A DNA stretch of 64,000 nt, from IMG/VR virus record IMGVR_UViG_3300032053_000031; one strand, written 5' to 3'. Numbering within the stretch: position 1 is the stretch's first letter; each line of letters opens with the position of its first letter. The stretch is from a virus. Lineage: Duplodnaviria > Heunggongvirae > Uroviricota > Caudoviricetes. The notes below the pieces were generated by a model. That model did no database searches. It saw only the letters and a program-made list of their open reading frames with translations, and was not told the DNA's origin. Made by a program: the position numbers and the translations under genes. Positions 8,775 to 17,620 of this stretch are shown piece by piece.

Positions 8775-9157
8775 AGAAAACAATTCTCCTAACAGGTTTG
8801 TTACTTCTAACGCCTTCAGAGTTAGGACATGCCTCGAGGATAAAATCTAGAATAGGATTAGCACATATCACTAATTACTCACATGAGGAGAGTAGTAGAC
8901 TAACCGCTTCAGGACATATTCTAAAGGATGAAGATAGCGGAAAGGTATGTGCTGTGGGAAGAGATTGGTGGAAGAAGATAATACATCCAAATGATATTCT
9001 CATTATAGGTAATGAAATTGTTTGTGTGGTGAAAGATACTATGGCACCACGTTTTACAAGACGAGTAGATGTATATCGCTCTAGCCGGCAGGAAGCTTTG
9101 ACATTAGGTATTACACAAAAAGACGTTATAATCATTGAGCAAATTGAACAACAATGA
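8771..9157 (+). CDS. secreted protein (signal-peptide-like N-terminus); possible 3D/DPBB-like domain
   Basis: MKKTILLTGLLLLTPSELGHA hydrophobic leader. The domain call is weak. Confidence 0.4.
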   Translation: MKKTILLTGLLLLTPSELGHASRIKSRIGLAHITNYSHEESSRLTASGHILKDEDSGKVCAVGRDWWKKIIHPNDILIIGNEIVCVVKDTMAPRFTRRVDVYRSSRQEALTLGITQKDVIIIEQIEQQ

Positions 9158-9405
9158 AACCTTGTCTGGCCTGTCTAATCAGGCCGAAACTCAAGTGTGT
9201 GAGATGTGGGAGACCCTGGTGTAAAGAATGTCTTAAGATTAGGACAGACAGCACTACAAACCCTCACACAGATGTAGAATGGGAATGTCTCCCATTAAAT
9301 AGGTGTTATGCTTCCATCCGAAGAGATGGTCACTTCTCTGGTAACTTACAGATTGAGATGATATCAGATAACGAAGCCTTTTTGAAGTGGGTACGATTAC
9401 TCTAG
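9154..9405 (+). CDS. LCC-family (CLxC variant) small Cys-rich protein
   Basis: MKPCLACLIRPKLKCVRCGRPWCKECL; close paralog of 42528 and 41368. Confidence 0.6.
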   Translation: MKPCLACLIRPKLKCVRCGRPWCKECLKIRTDSTTNPHTDVEWECLPLNRCYASIRRDGHFSGNLQIEMISDNEAFLKWVRLL

Positions 9406-9414
9406 GAGGCTAAA

Positions 9415-10503
9415 ATGTTCTTCTTAACAGTTCTGCTAATTCCAGTCTTCATCGCTCTCGGCGTTTACATATGCAGTGACAAGCGTATCACGTTCAAGGA
9501 GTTCCTCCTTCACATAGGAATTCAGATCGTGGTAGCGGCCATCAGTGGCGTCATCGTATACTATTCCAATACCTCAGACTATGAGATATGGAATGGAAGG
9601 ATCGCGGCGAAGTCTTCCCAGCACGTGAGCTGTGAACATAGCTACGATTGCTTCTGCTACAATAGCTGTTCGACGGATAGCAACGGGAATCAATCATGCC
9701 ATGAAGTGTGTCAGACCTGTTATGAACACACCTACGATATAGACTGGAACGCACGTACCACCAACGGAGAGTCAATCTATATCTCAAGGGTGGACAGACA
9801 AGGAACCACTGAGCCTCCGCGATGGACCTCTGTCAAAGTAGGAGAGCCTACAGCTGTCTCCCATCACTACGAGAACTATGTAGCAGCTGCTTCCGATTCC
9901 TTATTCAGGAAGGATGGGATAGATCCCAAGTATGCGAGCTCGCTTCTTCCTTATCCTGACTCTATCTACGATCTCTACAGGGTGGATCGCATCGTAGGAG
10001 CTAATACATTTTTAGACAAAGTCCTCTGGCAAAGAGATTTGGACGAACTCAATGCAGACCTTGGCGCAAAGAAACAATGCAACGTGATCCTTTCCTTCGT
10101 CAGGAATCAGCCTGAGGAATACTTCTATGCCCTAGAGAAGTTCTGGAAGAAGGGAAAGAAGAACGACATCGTTGTAGTCTTTGGTCTTGACCAGAAGAAC
10201 AATATTCAGTGGACCAATACGATGGCGTGGACCGATAAACAAATCTTCAAGGTCAAGTTACGTGACGACATCAAAGAGATAGGAGTAGTAGACCGCGAAG
10301 AGATATTCAAAGTCTTACGAAAGGACATAAGTGAATTCTTCGTTCGAAAGCCTATGTCTGATTTCGTCTATCTCCGAATGAGTATCACACCTACCTTCGG
10401 ACAGTGGCTCGTCACGATGATCATAGGTATACTTGTTGCCATAGGCTTAGCCTTCTTCCTGTACAACGAAGATCCCTTCGGAGATAGCTTTAGACAATAC
10501 TAA
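9415..10503 (+). CDS. membrane protein with N- and C-terminal TM helices and a Cys-rich central domain
   Basis: 362 aa; AGGAGG RBS; TM at aa 1-50 and 320-350; CEHSYDCFCYNSCSTDSNGNQSCHEVCQTCYEH. Confidence 0.55.
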   Translation: MFFLTVLLIPVFIALGVYICSDKRITFKEFLLHIGIQIVVAAISGVIVYYSNTSDYEIWNGRIAAKSSQHVSCEHSYDCFCYNSCSTDSNGNQSCHEVCQTCYEHTYDIDWNARTTNGESIYISRVDRQGTTEPPRWTSVKVGEPTAVSHHYENYVAAASDSLFRKDGIDPKYASSLLPYPDSIYDLYRVDRIVGANTFLDKVLWQRDLDELNADLGAKKQCNVILSFVRNQPEEYFYALEKFWKKGKKNDIVVVFGLDQKNNIQWTNTMAWTDKQIFKVKLRDDIKEIGVVDREEIFKVLRKDISEFFVRKPMSDFVYLRMSITPTFGQWLVTMIIGILVAIGLAFFLYNEDPFGDSFRQY

Positions 10504-10504
10504 G

Positions 10505-10741
10505 ATGACACAACAACTCTGTTGTCTGGTAAAAAGGACAGCCGTGTGTTGCAAATGTAGGAAAGCCTTTTGTCTTGAGTGTGCCCTTACAGAAAAAGTT
10601 TATGTCTGTTATAAGTGTGGTAAGGGATATTGCAATAGCTGTTGGATGAAAGATTCAACCACTGGACATGAAAGTTGTCCCGCGCAGGGGTTCTTGAGTG
10701 ATAGACATTCCTATTATATCATTATGGGAGGAGATGTATAA
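10505..10741 (+). CDS. LCC-family small Cys-rich protein
   Basis: MTQQLCCLVKRTAVCCKCRKAFCLECA. Confidence 0.65.
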   Translation: MTQQLCCLVKRTAVCCKCRKAFCLECALTEKVYVCYKCGKGYCNSCWMKDSTTGHESCPAQGFLSDRHSYYIIMGGDV

Positions 10742-10925
10742 CCTAGTGTCTTATCTGTATCGTTAACTCCTCTCAGAAGTGTCATGATTGTGATAGGAGG
10801 ATGTGTGAGGAACATACACTCATTCGTACAATATTTCGTACAAGCAAGTATGGTAATAGATATTGTATGTCTTGGACCCTATGCACGGCGTGTTCGCTGT
10901 TGTATCCTTCCAAAGAGATAAGAAA

Positions 10926-11159
10926 ATGAAATGTCTAATCTGTCTTATAAACCCAGCTCCCTGGGAAGGAAAGAAAAGAGCTGTCTGTGCCCAATGCAGA
11001 CTTACTATTTGCACAGAATGTTGTGGCAAGCTTCACATAAGAGTTCATCGTGAACGATCAATTAAACAATCTGTGGGATGGGTTCACGAAGATTGTCTCT
11101 CTGCTTTCGTAGGTAATTGTAAGTGGGAGCACTACAATAAAGGAGGCGTAAATGAATAA
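10926..11159 (+). CDS. LCC-family (CLxC variant, GW.HxEC subgroup) small Cys-rich protein
   Basis: MKCLICLINP...CAQCRLTICTECC...GWVHEDCL; start chosen at an internal Met of track ORF 10863..11159. Confidence 0.55.
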   Translation: MKCLICLINPAPWEGKKRAVCAQCRLTICTECCGKLHIRVHRERSIKQSVGWVHEDCLSAFVGNCKWEHYNKGGVNE

Positions 11160-11703
11160 GACGCTTGTCGGAGTCGGAGTCGTGACGGGAGTGCTGGGGG
11201 TGATCTTCCTCTTCAGCATCATCGGGGTCAACAACAACTGCATCACGCAGGAAGCCACCATCAAGGCTCAGTACGGTCAGAACCAGAACAACTACGACAA
11301 CATGTGGAAGAGGATCAAAGAGGTGGCGCAAGTCCCCTCGATGTACACGGAAGACCTGAAGAAGGTCTACGACAGCGCCATCAGCGGCCGCTACGGAGCG
11401 AACGGCTCGAAGGCGATGTTCAACTGGATCAAGGAGCACAATCCGAACTTCGACGGCACGCTGTACAAGCAGGTGCAGCAGGTGATCGAAAGCGGGAGGC
11501 TTTCCTTCGCGGACGATCAGAAGATCCTGCTGGACAAGAAGAGGGGCTACGAGACGTATCTAAATCAGTTCCCCACCAACGTCATCGGGAAAAATCTTTT
11601 AGGCTTCCCGAAGATTGAACTCGCAAAGTATGACATCGTCACCTCGGAAGAGACGACGACGGCGTTCGAGACGAAGAAGGTGGACGAGATCAAGCTGCGC
11701 TAA
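11152..11703 (+). CDS. LemA-family membrane protein
   Basis: N-terminal TM helix then AQYGQNQNNYDN...YLNQFPTNVIGKNLLGFP, a LemA-like signature; GGAGG RBS; in GC-rich island. Confidence 0.65.
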   Translation: MNKTLVGVGVVTGVLGVIFLFSIIGVNNNCITQEATIKAQYGQNQNNYDNMWKRIKEVAQVPSMYTEDLKKVYDSAISGRYGANGSKAMFNWIKEHNPNFDGTLYKQVQQVIESGRLSFADDQKILLDKKRGYETYLNQFPTNVIGKNLLGFPKIELAKYDIVTSEETTTAFETKKVDEIKLR

Positions 11704-11716
11704 GGAGGCACAACTG

Positions 11717-12307
11717 ATGGGCACGCTACTACTCGCCGCACTCCTCATCGCGATGGGGGTCATCGCGAAGACCAGCATAGCTATCACCGTAGCGGCCATA
11801 CTGGTAGTCGGTTCCTTAGGATTCTGGTTATTGCTTGCAATAGCCAGCATTGGCATCCTCGTCAGTCTCGAATACGATCATGAGGGAGAAGCCTTCATGT
11901 CGTTGCTGGTCATGCTGGCTGCTCTGCAACTCTTCAGCGGAGTGGACATCATCGGATTCTTCAGGAGCGATCTGAGAGTTCTCGCACTGCTGGCCATGCT
12001 ATACTTTGTGGTCGGCACGCTGTGGTCCTTCTTCAAATGGTTCCTGTTCGTGAAGGATCAGCGCAAGGCCTACGATGAGGATCTGGCGGAGTGGGACAAG
12101 ACAGGGGATAAGCGAAGCAAGCCAAAGCCGAATGTTCCCCAGGCCAAAGAGAACAAGAGCCGCATCACAGCCTGGATGTCCTTCTGGCCCTGGTCCTGCT
12201 TCTGGTTCCTCATCAACGACCCCATCAGGAGAGCCTTCCGAGCCATCTTCGATTACCTGCAAACGCGGTATCAGATGATCGCGGATAAGGCCTTCTCCGG
12301 AACCTAA
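11717..12307 (+). CDS. multi-pass membrane protein
   Basis: AAGGAGG RBS then ATG 11717, internal to track ORF 11615..12307; about 4 TM helices; GC-rich island. Confidence 0.55.
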   Translation: MGTLLLAALLIAMGVIAKTSIAITVAAILVVGSLGFWLLLAIASIGILVSLEYDHEGEAFMSLLVMLAALQLFSGVDIIGFFRSDLRVLALLAMLYFVVGTLWSFFKWFLFVKDQRKAYDEDLAEWDKTGDKRSKPKPNVPQAKENKSRITAWMSFWPWSCFWFLINDPIRRAFRAIFDYLQTRYQMIADKAFSGT

Positions 12308-12357
12308 CCGGCTAAGGAGATAGAAGGTTTTAACCCTTCATCTCTTTACAATTTCAT

Positions 12358-12570
12358 ATGAACACTTGTCTAGTTTGTAATATCAGACCAGCTTTGTTAT
12401 GCAAGGCTTGTGGGTGGAAAATGTGTATCATCTGTTCAGGAAAGCGAGAGAATTCTGCAATGGTTATACATAAGAAGGAATCTCCCAACTGTAAAGAAGG
12501 TCGTTACAGAGTAACAAAATATGGAACAATATGTGAAGATAACTGGCCTTCGTTTGAGGTGGTAGTATGA
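12358..12570 (+). CDS. LCC-family (CLxC variant) small Cys-rich protein
   Basis: MNTCLVCNIRPALLCKACGWKMCIICS. Confidence 0.55.
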   Translation: MNTCLVCNIRPALLCKACGWKMCIICSGKRENSAMVIHKKESPNCKEGRYRVTKYGTICEDNWPSFEVVV

Positions 12571-12764
12571 CTAAACTTTGTTGTCTCGTTAAGGCATTTG
12601 TGAAGTGTCTCTACTGCGGTAAGCGTTGGTGCTACGAATGCTACTTTGATAAACAGGAACATGCGCGCACCGAAGGATGTAAGGATTTACCAATAGTATG
12701 GCATCCTGATCTATTGATAGGTAATAGAAAGCGAAGACATATAATAGTCAAGGCAATAATATGA
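12567..12764 (+). CDS. LCC-family small Cys-rich protein
   Basis: MTKLCCLVKAFVKCLYCGKRWCYECY. Confidence 0.65.
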   Translation: MTKLCCLVKAFVKCLYCGKRWCYECYFDKQEHARTEGCKDLPIVWHPDLLIGNRKRRHIIVKAII

Positions 12765-13006
12765 ACTGTTCAATCTGCAAACTCCTAAGTGCCCTAGACA
12801 AAGTACAAGATGGGACGTGTGCCTATTGTAGTAAGGCGATCTGTGGAGAATGTAGAGTAAGAAATCATTTTCCAATTCCTAATTATCCTGACTCTACGGT
12901 AACGCAGGGATGGTTTCACGATGAGTGTATTCCCCAACGTCTATGGGGACCTCGGATTAGATGTCAACAGGCTAAGTGTCCTTGTCGAATAGGAATTCGT
13001 GGTTAA
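12761..13006 (+). CDS. divergent LCC-family-related Cys-rich protein (MNC.C / GW.HDEC subgroup)
   Basis: MNCSICKLL...CAYCSKAICGECRVRNH...GWFHDECIP; paralog of 30857..31084. Confidence 0.5.
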   Translation: MNCSICKLLSALDKVQDGTCAYCSKAICGECRVRNHFPIPNYPDSTVTQGWFHDECIPQRLWGPRIRCQQAKCPCRIGIRG

Positions 13007-13026
13007 TAGATTGAGGAGGTTATGCC

Positions 13027-13308
13027 GTGGAAAAGTTATGTTGTCTGGTTAATCCGTGCAATATTAATAACAAGCACAGTAAGAGATGTTCAGTATGTAC
13101 ATGCAAGTTATGTAAAGATTGTGTGGAGAACTTTCAGATGCCCACTTCAGATATAGACTTGTATAACGATGGAAGAATGTACCATTGTGAACAATGCTAT
13201 ACCGATGAGTTATGTGGGAGCACCATAAAGGTAGGATATAAGATGTGGATGACTGAGGACAAAGATATGGCTACCAGAATTGGTTCTTGGTATATAAATC
13301 AGGAATAA
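13027..13308 (+). CDS. LCC-family small Cys-rich protein
   Basis: MEKLCCLVNPCNINNKHSKRCSVCTCKLCKDCV. Confidence 0.65.
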   Translation: MEKLCCLVNPCNINNKHSKRCSVCTCKLCKDCVENFQMPTSDIDLYNDGRMYHCEQCYTDELCGSTIKVGYKMWMTEDKDMATRIGSWYINQE

Positions 13309-13320
13309 CAAAGGAAACAA

Positions 13321-13608
13321 ATGACTGCTAAGAAAGAACTATGTTGCATGATGCACAGCATCCCGAAGGCGAGATGTAACCAGTGCAGAGCAAAGGGATG
13401 TGAAGAACATCTTAAGTATTGTAGTGAATGTAGCAGGTACCTATGTACTAACTGTAATGACAAATGGAGCACTTGCGAGCAGTGTAACACATCCGATCTC
13501 TGTAAGAAGTGCACGAGAATCAATTCTGCGAGGCAGACAGTATGTCATACTTGCTTCGTAGAAGTAGAGTCGGGTGAAGATACTTGGATCGATTCCTCCT
13601 ATGAATAA
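13321..13608 (+). CDS. LCC-family small Cys-rich protein
   Basis: MTAKKELCCMMHSIPKARCNQCRAKGCEEHL. Confidence 0.6.
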   Translation: MTAKKELCCMMHSIPKARCNQCRAKGCEEHLKYCSECSRYLCTNCNDKWSTCEQCNTSDLCKKCTRINSARQTVCHTCFVEVESGEDTWIDSSYE

Positions 13609-13804
13609 ACTATGTTGCACCCTTAATACGTTCGCAATATGTCATACATGCAAAGGAAAGTTCTGTGTGGATCATTACATAGAGCAAGCATCTCCTATTC
13701 ATTCTAATAATCAAAGGTATAAAGATATCCTCCAGCAATATGCTAGGCTTAACACCGTAATTCCTAAATGTTTAACATGTAGAAAAGGAGATCCTCGTCT
13801 ATGA
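13601..13804 (+). CDS. LCC-family small Cys-rich protein
   Basis: MNKLCCTLNTFAICHTCKGKFCVDHY; internal Met of track ORF 13574..13804. Confidence 0.6.
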   Translation: MNKLCCTLNTFAICHTCKGKFCVDHYIEQASPIHSNNQRYKDILQQYARLNTVIPKCLTCRKGDPRL

Positions 13805-13992
13805 ATAATGGGGGGCCGGGCGAGAATCCCGCGTCCGACAATCTTATTTGCATGGTTAAAGGACATCGACCAGCTAGTAACTGGAGTTATAGTTCAGTAT
13901 GTTTACAATGTGGCTTAGATATATACTGGCAAAAACTTAGATGGAATGTCTACAAGAGGCAGCCATGTCGAAACCCAAACTGTGTTGTCTAG
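13801..13992 (+). CDS. divergent LCC-like (LIC) small Cys-rich protein
   Basis: ...DNLICMVKGHRPAS...CLQCG. Confidence 0.4.
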   Translation: MNNGGPGENPASDNLICMVKGHRPASNWSYSSVCLQCGLDIYWQKLRWNVYKRQPCRNPNCVV

Positions 13993-14153
13993 TTAATAAA
14001 CAGATGGAATGTGTCTACTGTAGTAGAGTCTTTTGTTCTTCATGTCGTCGTGAAATGATATTTAATGGTTGGGATAAATATACATGCCCCAGCCTCAAAG
14101 CTCAGCGGATATTAAAGAAACCAGTACACCGAATCAGATATCTATTCCTATGA
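13965..14153 (+). CDS. LCC-family small Cys-rich protein
   Basis: MSKPKLCCLVNKQMECVYCSRVFCSSCR. Confidence 0.6.
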   Translation: MSKPKLCCLVNKQMECVYCSRVFCSSCRREMIFNGWDKYTCPSLKAQRILKKPVHRIRYLFL

Positions 14154-14401
14154 ATGATCTTCCTGCCTTCCAAAAACGGCGACTGCGAAAGCACTGGCGT
14201 AAGATGGTAGAGACTAGAGGACGTAATAAACTTTGTTGTATCCTTAACATGTATGCCAAGTGTCGCTTTTGTGGGTTGAAGCAATGTGTAGATTGCGCTG
14301 GTAATAGAATTAATTGGGGTGAAAGAAATAACTTCGTCTGCTACCTATGTACTCAATTCATCAATAAGTCCATTACTCCGATCGACTGCGACAAACTATG
14401 A
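14150..14401 (+). CDS. LCC-family small Cys-rich protein
   Basis: MNDLPAFQKRRLRKHWRKMVETRGRNKLCCILNMYAKCRFCGLKQCVDCA; ATGA overlap with upstream stop. Start uncertain. Confidence 0.5.
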   Translation: MNDLPAFQKRRLRKHWRKMVETRGRNKLCCILNMYAKCRFCGLKQCVDCAGNRINWGERNNFVCYLCTQFINKSITPIDCDKL

Positions 14402-14604
14402 GCAAGTTCAAATCTAACCTCTGTTGTCTGTTGCATCCTTATTTGAGATGTAGGGTATGTGATGCTACGATATGTAGCACTTGCCAAACGATATTAGAGC
14501 AGTCAACAATATGGCCTTGTTCAACTTCTGATTTTCAACCAGGTGATTGTATATTCGAGGGAATAACAGATGCTAGAGGCCGACACTTTTGGGTATCCCC
14601 ATGA
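14398..14604 (+). CDS. LCC-family small Cys-rich protein
   Basis: MSKFKSNLCCLLHPYLRCRVCDATICSTCQ. Confidence 0.65.
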   Translation: MSKFKSNLCCLLHPYLRCRVCDATICSTCQTILEQSTIWPCSTSDFQPGDCIFEGITDARGRHFWVSP

Positions 14605-14819
14605 TCAATCTGTGTTGCACTCTCCACCCATACGTTGAATGTATATCATGCGGATGGAAGATATGTGAATATTGTAGGCGAAAGTGGTGGTCTGTTTCCA
14701 ATAGAGAACTTCATAGTTGGTATAAACCTCACTGCGGAGAAGCAAAGAATCTATATGGAAGTGTGGAAAGTGTTAATGGAAAGTGTCTAGACTGGCCTAG
14801 CTTTAGGTGGCACAAATGA
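14601..14819 (+). CDS. LCC-family small Cys-rich protein
   Basis: MINLCCTLHPYVECISCGWKICEYCR; ATGA overlap with upstream stop. Confidence 0.6.
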   Translation: MINLCCTLHPYVECISCGWKICEYCRRKWWSVSNRELHSWYKPHCGEAKNLYGSVESVNGKCLDWPSFRWHK

Positions 14820-15145
14820 AAATCACCTTCCTACTGATGTATAGTAAGCTATGGGACGAATATAATGTATCGTGTTATCATTATGGTACATGCAACGTCA
14901 TTAAGAGAAGAACACTTTCCTATAGACAGCTACGAAAACTTTGTGAAGTAAATGAAGCGGGAATATACTTTGCCCCGAAGCCGAAAAATCTCTTTCCGGT
15001 CTTACATGTGATGGCAATTAACTCGAAAGTGAAGGATCATACAGATGTATGTGGTCCTTGCCTGATGCGATTTCAAGCCAGTTCGGAAGAAGAAGGAGAG
15101 AAGCACGTAAGAAAATGGTACGAGGAGAAGCACTGGCAACCATGA
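14807..15145 (+). CDS. hypothetical protein
   Basis: 112-aa track ORF. Confidence 0.4.
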   Translation: MAQMKITFLLMYSKLWDEYNVSCYHYGTCNVIKRRTLSYRQLRKLCEVNEAGIYFAPKPKNLFPVLHVMAINSKVKDHTDVCGPCLMRFQASSEEEGEKHVRKWYEEKHWQP

Positions 15146-15309
15146 ACTACAAGAGGAAGAAGAGTCGTAAGAATGTAAGATGCAATATATGTACAGACGC
15201 TCGAATAGGTAATTCGAAGAAGGCTGAGGGAAGAAGCGCTAGGGTAGGAATGAGAGCATCTACCAAGAGCGAAAGGAAACGACAGTCCCAGAAAGACCTA
15301 TATGATTAA
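15142..15309 (+). CDS. small highly basic protein (Lys/Arg-rich)
   Basis: ATGA overlap with upstream stop; MNYKRKKSRKNVRCNICTDARIGNSKKAEGRSARVGMRAS... Confidence 0.35.
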   Translation: MNYKRKKSRKNVRCNICTDARIGNSKKAEGRSARVGMRASTKSERKRQSQKDLYD

Positions 15310-15664
15310 ACTGTTAATGATCATAGGTCTCATTAGTGTTATATCCTGTACCTATGCACTACTTAACTTAGCAGTAGGTGCCTTTATAGAAACGAAGTTT
15401 GGTTTCTTTCCTTGCCAGAATTTTCATTGCCCTTGTGGAAAAGTGCTTTCGTTGCAAACAGACCTACTGTTAGTACCCCATGAGATTATATGTATCTGGC
15501 ATATGAGGCACTGCTTGCCTTATATAATGAGTACGATGCATAGCTCATATGGTAAGTTAAATCCTTACCATCTTTCATGGGCTATAAAGGATAAGTTTCC
15601 TCCTAATAGACTTGATTGGCATATAGCTGAATCAGCAAAGAAATCGTACTGGAAGGTAATATGA
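15302..15664 (+). CDS. hypothetical membrane-associated protein
   Basis: 120-aa track ORF with hydrophobic N-terminus. Confidence 0.4.
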   Translation: MIKLLMIIGLISVISCTYALLNLAVGAFIETKFGFFPCQNFHCPCGKVLSLQTDLLLVPHEIICIWHMRHCLPYIMSTMHSSYGKLNPYHLSWAIKDKFPPNRLDWHIAESAKKSYWKVI

Positions 15665-15861
15665 GACCCGAAGCACCTCCTCCTTGTTGTATTCTGAATC
15701 CATATCGTAAGTGTAGAGCGTGTAGATGGGTATCATGCAGGAGTCATTGGTATGATATTGGGGATGAGGCTATTATGGATAAGTTTCATATACCCACTAT
15801 CGATGATGATACAGGCCAATGCTTCTGCGGATCTACAAAATGGGATATTCCCCTTCGATAA
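15661..15861 (+). CDS. LCC-family (PCC) small Cys-rich protein
   Basis: MRPEAPPPCCILNPYRKCRACRWVSCRSHW. Confidence 0.6.
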   Translation: MRPEAPPPCCILNPYRKCRACRWVSCRSHWYDIGDEAIMDKFHIPTIDDDTGQCFCGSTKWDIPLR

Positions 15862-15863
15862 TC

Positions 15864-16058
15864 ATGAATATTAACCTCTGTTGCATGATCAATGCTGTAG
15901 AGAGATGTCAGTTTCCTTATAGCTGCAACCGCGTATATTGTATAGACTGTCTCCAGAAGTTGAAGATAACCGGTCGGAGTAATTCACAAGGAGCAACCAG
16001 AGTTGAGTGTCTTTGTGGGAGAAACATATGGACATTACGCCTAAGTTGTGTTGCTTAG
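15864..16058 (+). CDS. LCC-family small Cys-rich protein
   Basis: MNINLCCMINAVERCQFPYSCNRVYCIDCL. Confidence 0.6.
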   Translation: MNINLCCMINAVERCQFPYSCNRVYCIDCLQKLKITGRSNSQGATRVECLCGRNIWTLRLSCVA

Positions 16059-16222
16059 TTAAACCTTTTCCAGCATGCTGCGGTAAGTTATGTAAGGTAT
16101 GTTGGATGGCTGAGATAACTAGTTCCGGGAAATGGAATGTATTACACTCTTGGGAAAAAGGAATAGAGTTTGTTTGTCCCATATGTAAGAAAGTCTCTTT
16201 CATAGAGGACTTAACTCCATGA
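16028..16222 (+). CDS. LCC-family small Cys-rich protein
   Basis: MDITPKLCCLVKPFPACCGKLCKVCW; overlaps the 3' end of the upstream gene in another frame. Confidence 0.5.
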   Translation: MDITPKLCCLVKPFPACCGKLCKVCWMAEITSSGKWNVLHSWEKGIEFVCPICKKVSFIEDLTP

Positions 16223-16428
16223 AAACAAAACTTTGTTGCATCGTTAATACATATGCCTTTTGTGTCTGTTGCAAAGAGCGATGGTGCTCTTCCTGTTGGT
16301 CTAAGGGAACATGGTCGCAGTGTCCCATACGCCACAGTTCTCTAAAAAGTCAAGGTAGACACTATACAGCTCCCTACATAGATTATATAGGAGCTGGCTG
16401 TGAAATTCATAGGCAATATATTATATGA
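16219..16428 (+). CDS. LCC-family small Cys-rich protein
   Basis: MKTKLCCIVNTYAFCVCCKERWCSSCW. Confidence 0.65.
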   Translation: MKTKLCCIVNTYAFCVCCKERWCSSCWSKGTWSQCPIRHSSLKSQGRHYTAPYIDYIGAGCEIHRQYII

Positions 16429-16643
16429 TTAAACTCTGCTGCGCGGTTAACACATTTGCTATCTGTACCATTTGTAATGCCATGTTCTGTGATGAGTGTT
16501 GGTTTTGTGATAGAACACATGATTCGGGGTATGCTTCACCTGGCGACGAATCAGAAGAAAGACGATGGTATTGTGCCGATAAAAAAGTAGCTTGGAGAAG
16601 AGGTGAAATAGAAGCACCCTATCATCTAGTAAGAGCAAAGTGA
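16425..16643 (+). CDS. LCC-family small Cys-rich protein
   Basis: MIKLCCAVNTFAICTICNAMFCDECW. Confidence 0.65.
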   Translation: MIKLCCAVNTFAICTICNAMFCDECWFCDRTHDSGYASPGDESEERRWYCADKKVAWRRGEIEAPYHLVRAK

Positions 16644-16652
16644 AGAAAGGAT

Positions 16653-16695
16653 CCAACCCCGCTTTTTTAAGATGGAAAAGGAGTATTATATTTAG
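16653..16695 (+). promoter_or_regulatory. conserved intergenic element (copy 1 of 3): CCCCGCTTTTTT...GGAAAAGGAGTATTATATTTAG
   Basis: Near-identical to 32461..32500 and 57211..57256; sits about 25 nt upstream of the next ATG. Reads as a terminator-like GC/T-run followed by a TATTATAT -10-like box. Confidence 0.5.
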
Positions 16696-16718
16696 CAGGC
16701 GAGCGAGCAATTAACTAC

Positions 16719-17135
16719 ATGACAATTGAAAAAGAACCGATTTGGCCTATGAGTGAAGAAGAACTTGTGCAATGGAAAAAGGAGCAAGCAGTTGCTTCCA
16801 AAGTCAAATCACAAGAAGTATCTATTCTCTCTGTGGCAGAAAAAGCAATGTATGAGAAAGAAAAAAAGACGTCCGCAGACACTTTTAAGGCTGAGATGAA
16901 AGCCTTACGTCATGAGCTCGCCCCTGTGAAGACCACAACAACTGCAGCGACAACCGAACAACCTCGACGGCAAAATCGGCTTGGACAGACTCATGAGATA
17001 GACATTCTAGTGAAAGAAGGAAAGAACGACCAAGAAATAGAAAAAATCCTTAGACAGAAGATACCAGCTTATCCCGCCGAAAAATGGCCCAAACTTATTA
17101 AACTTAGGAGGTATCACTTAAAGAATGACAAATGA
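16719..17135 (+). CDS. hypothetical protein
   Basis: 138-aa ORF downstream of the conserved element. Confidence 0.5.
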   Translation: MTIEKEPIWPMSEEELVQWKKEQAVASKVKSQEVSILSVAEKAMYEKEKKTSADTFKAEMKALRHELAPVKTTTTAATTEQPRRQNRLGQTHEIDILVKEGKNDQEIEKILRQKIPAYPAEKWPKLIKLRRYHLKNDK

Positions 17136-17223
17136 AGATATAGCATATATCGCCGGTATCATAGACGGTGACGGCTCAATAGTAGTCTACCGTGCAAGCT
17201 CGGAAGATCCTAAAGAGAGTTAG
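17125..17223 (+). pseudogene. LAGLIDADG homing-endonuclease remnant (32 codons, truncated)
   Basis: MTNEDIAYIAGIIDGDGSIVVYR matches the LAGLIDADG dodecapeptide; the ORF ends after 32 aa, and a +2 frame continues with IRNKTDQILICIKSS. Confidence 0.5.
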
Positions 17224-17348
17224 ACCTTTCATTAGAAATAAGACGGATCAGATTCTTATTTGTATTAAAAGTAGTCTCTCTAAAGAGGACTGGATTACTG
17301 TTAAAAGGCTACACCATTTGAGTAAGTAGTATCTCGGAGGCACCGCGA

Positions 17349-17603
17349 GTGACATCAAAGACACGTAAGCTTGTAACGTTGCTACTGAAGCAAGACAGCA
17401 AGCAGCGTATGGGTCTTCTTTCTTTCCTGCCACCTCAAGTCCTGAGCAGGTTAGGAAAAAGCCCCAAGCTCGTGAAGCAGATCCAGCAGGACTCGAAGTT
17501 GGCACTTCCTCTTCAAGTAGTCGAGGATAGCGCCCGGGAGTTCATCGCGCACCACCCTAAGAAGGCGGCGTCGCTGAAGATCGATCCCATCATGTACAAC
17601 TGA
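17349..17603 (+). CDS. hypothetical protein (GTG start) in GC-rich island
   Basis: GGAGG then GTG 17349; 84 aa; codon usage matches the GC-rich island. Confidence 0.4.
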   Translation: MTSKTRKLVTLLLKQDSKQRMGLLSFLPPQVLSRLGKSPKLVKQIQQDSKLALPLQVVEDSAREFIAHHPKKAASLKIDPIMYN

Positions 17604-17620
17604 CAGGAGGCACGTAAACC

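Noticed and set aside
11062-11618. Long ORFs in alternate frames and on the minus strand overlapping the LemA gene (11062..11439 -, 11304..11618 +, 11599..11856 -, 11999..12262 -, 12075..12278 +)
   Set aside because: They lie in a GC-rich island where stop codons are rare by chance. Their translations are Arg/Pro/Gly-rich low-complexity, they lack an RBS, and they overlap well-supported genes.
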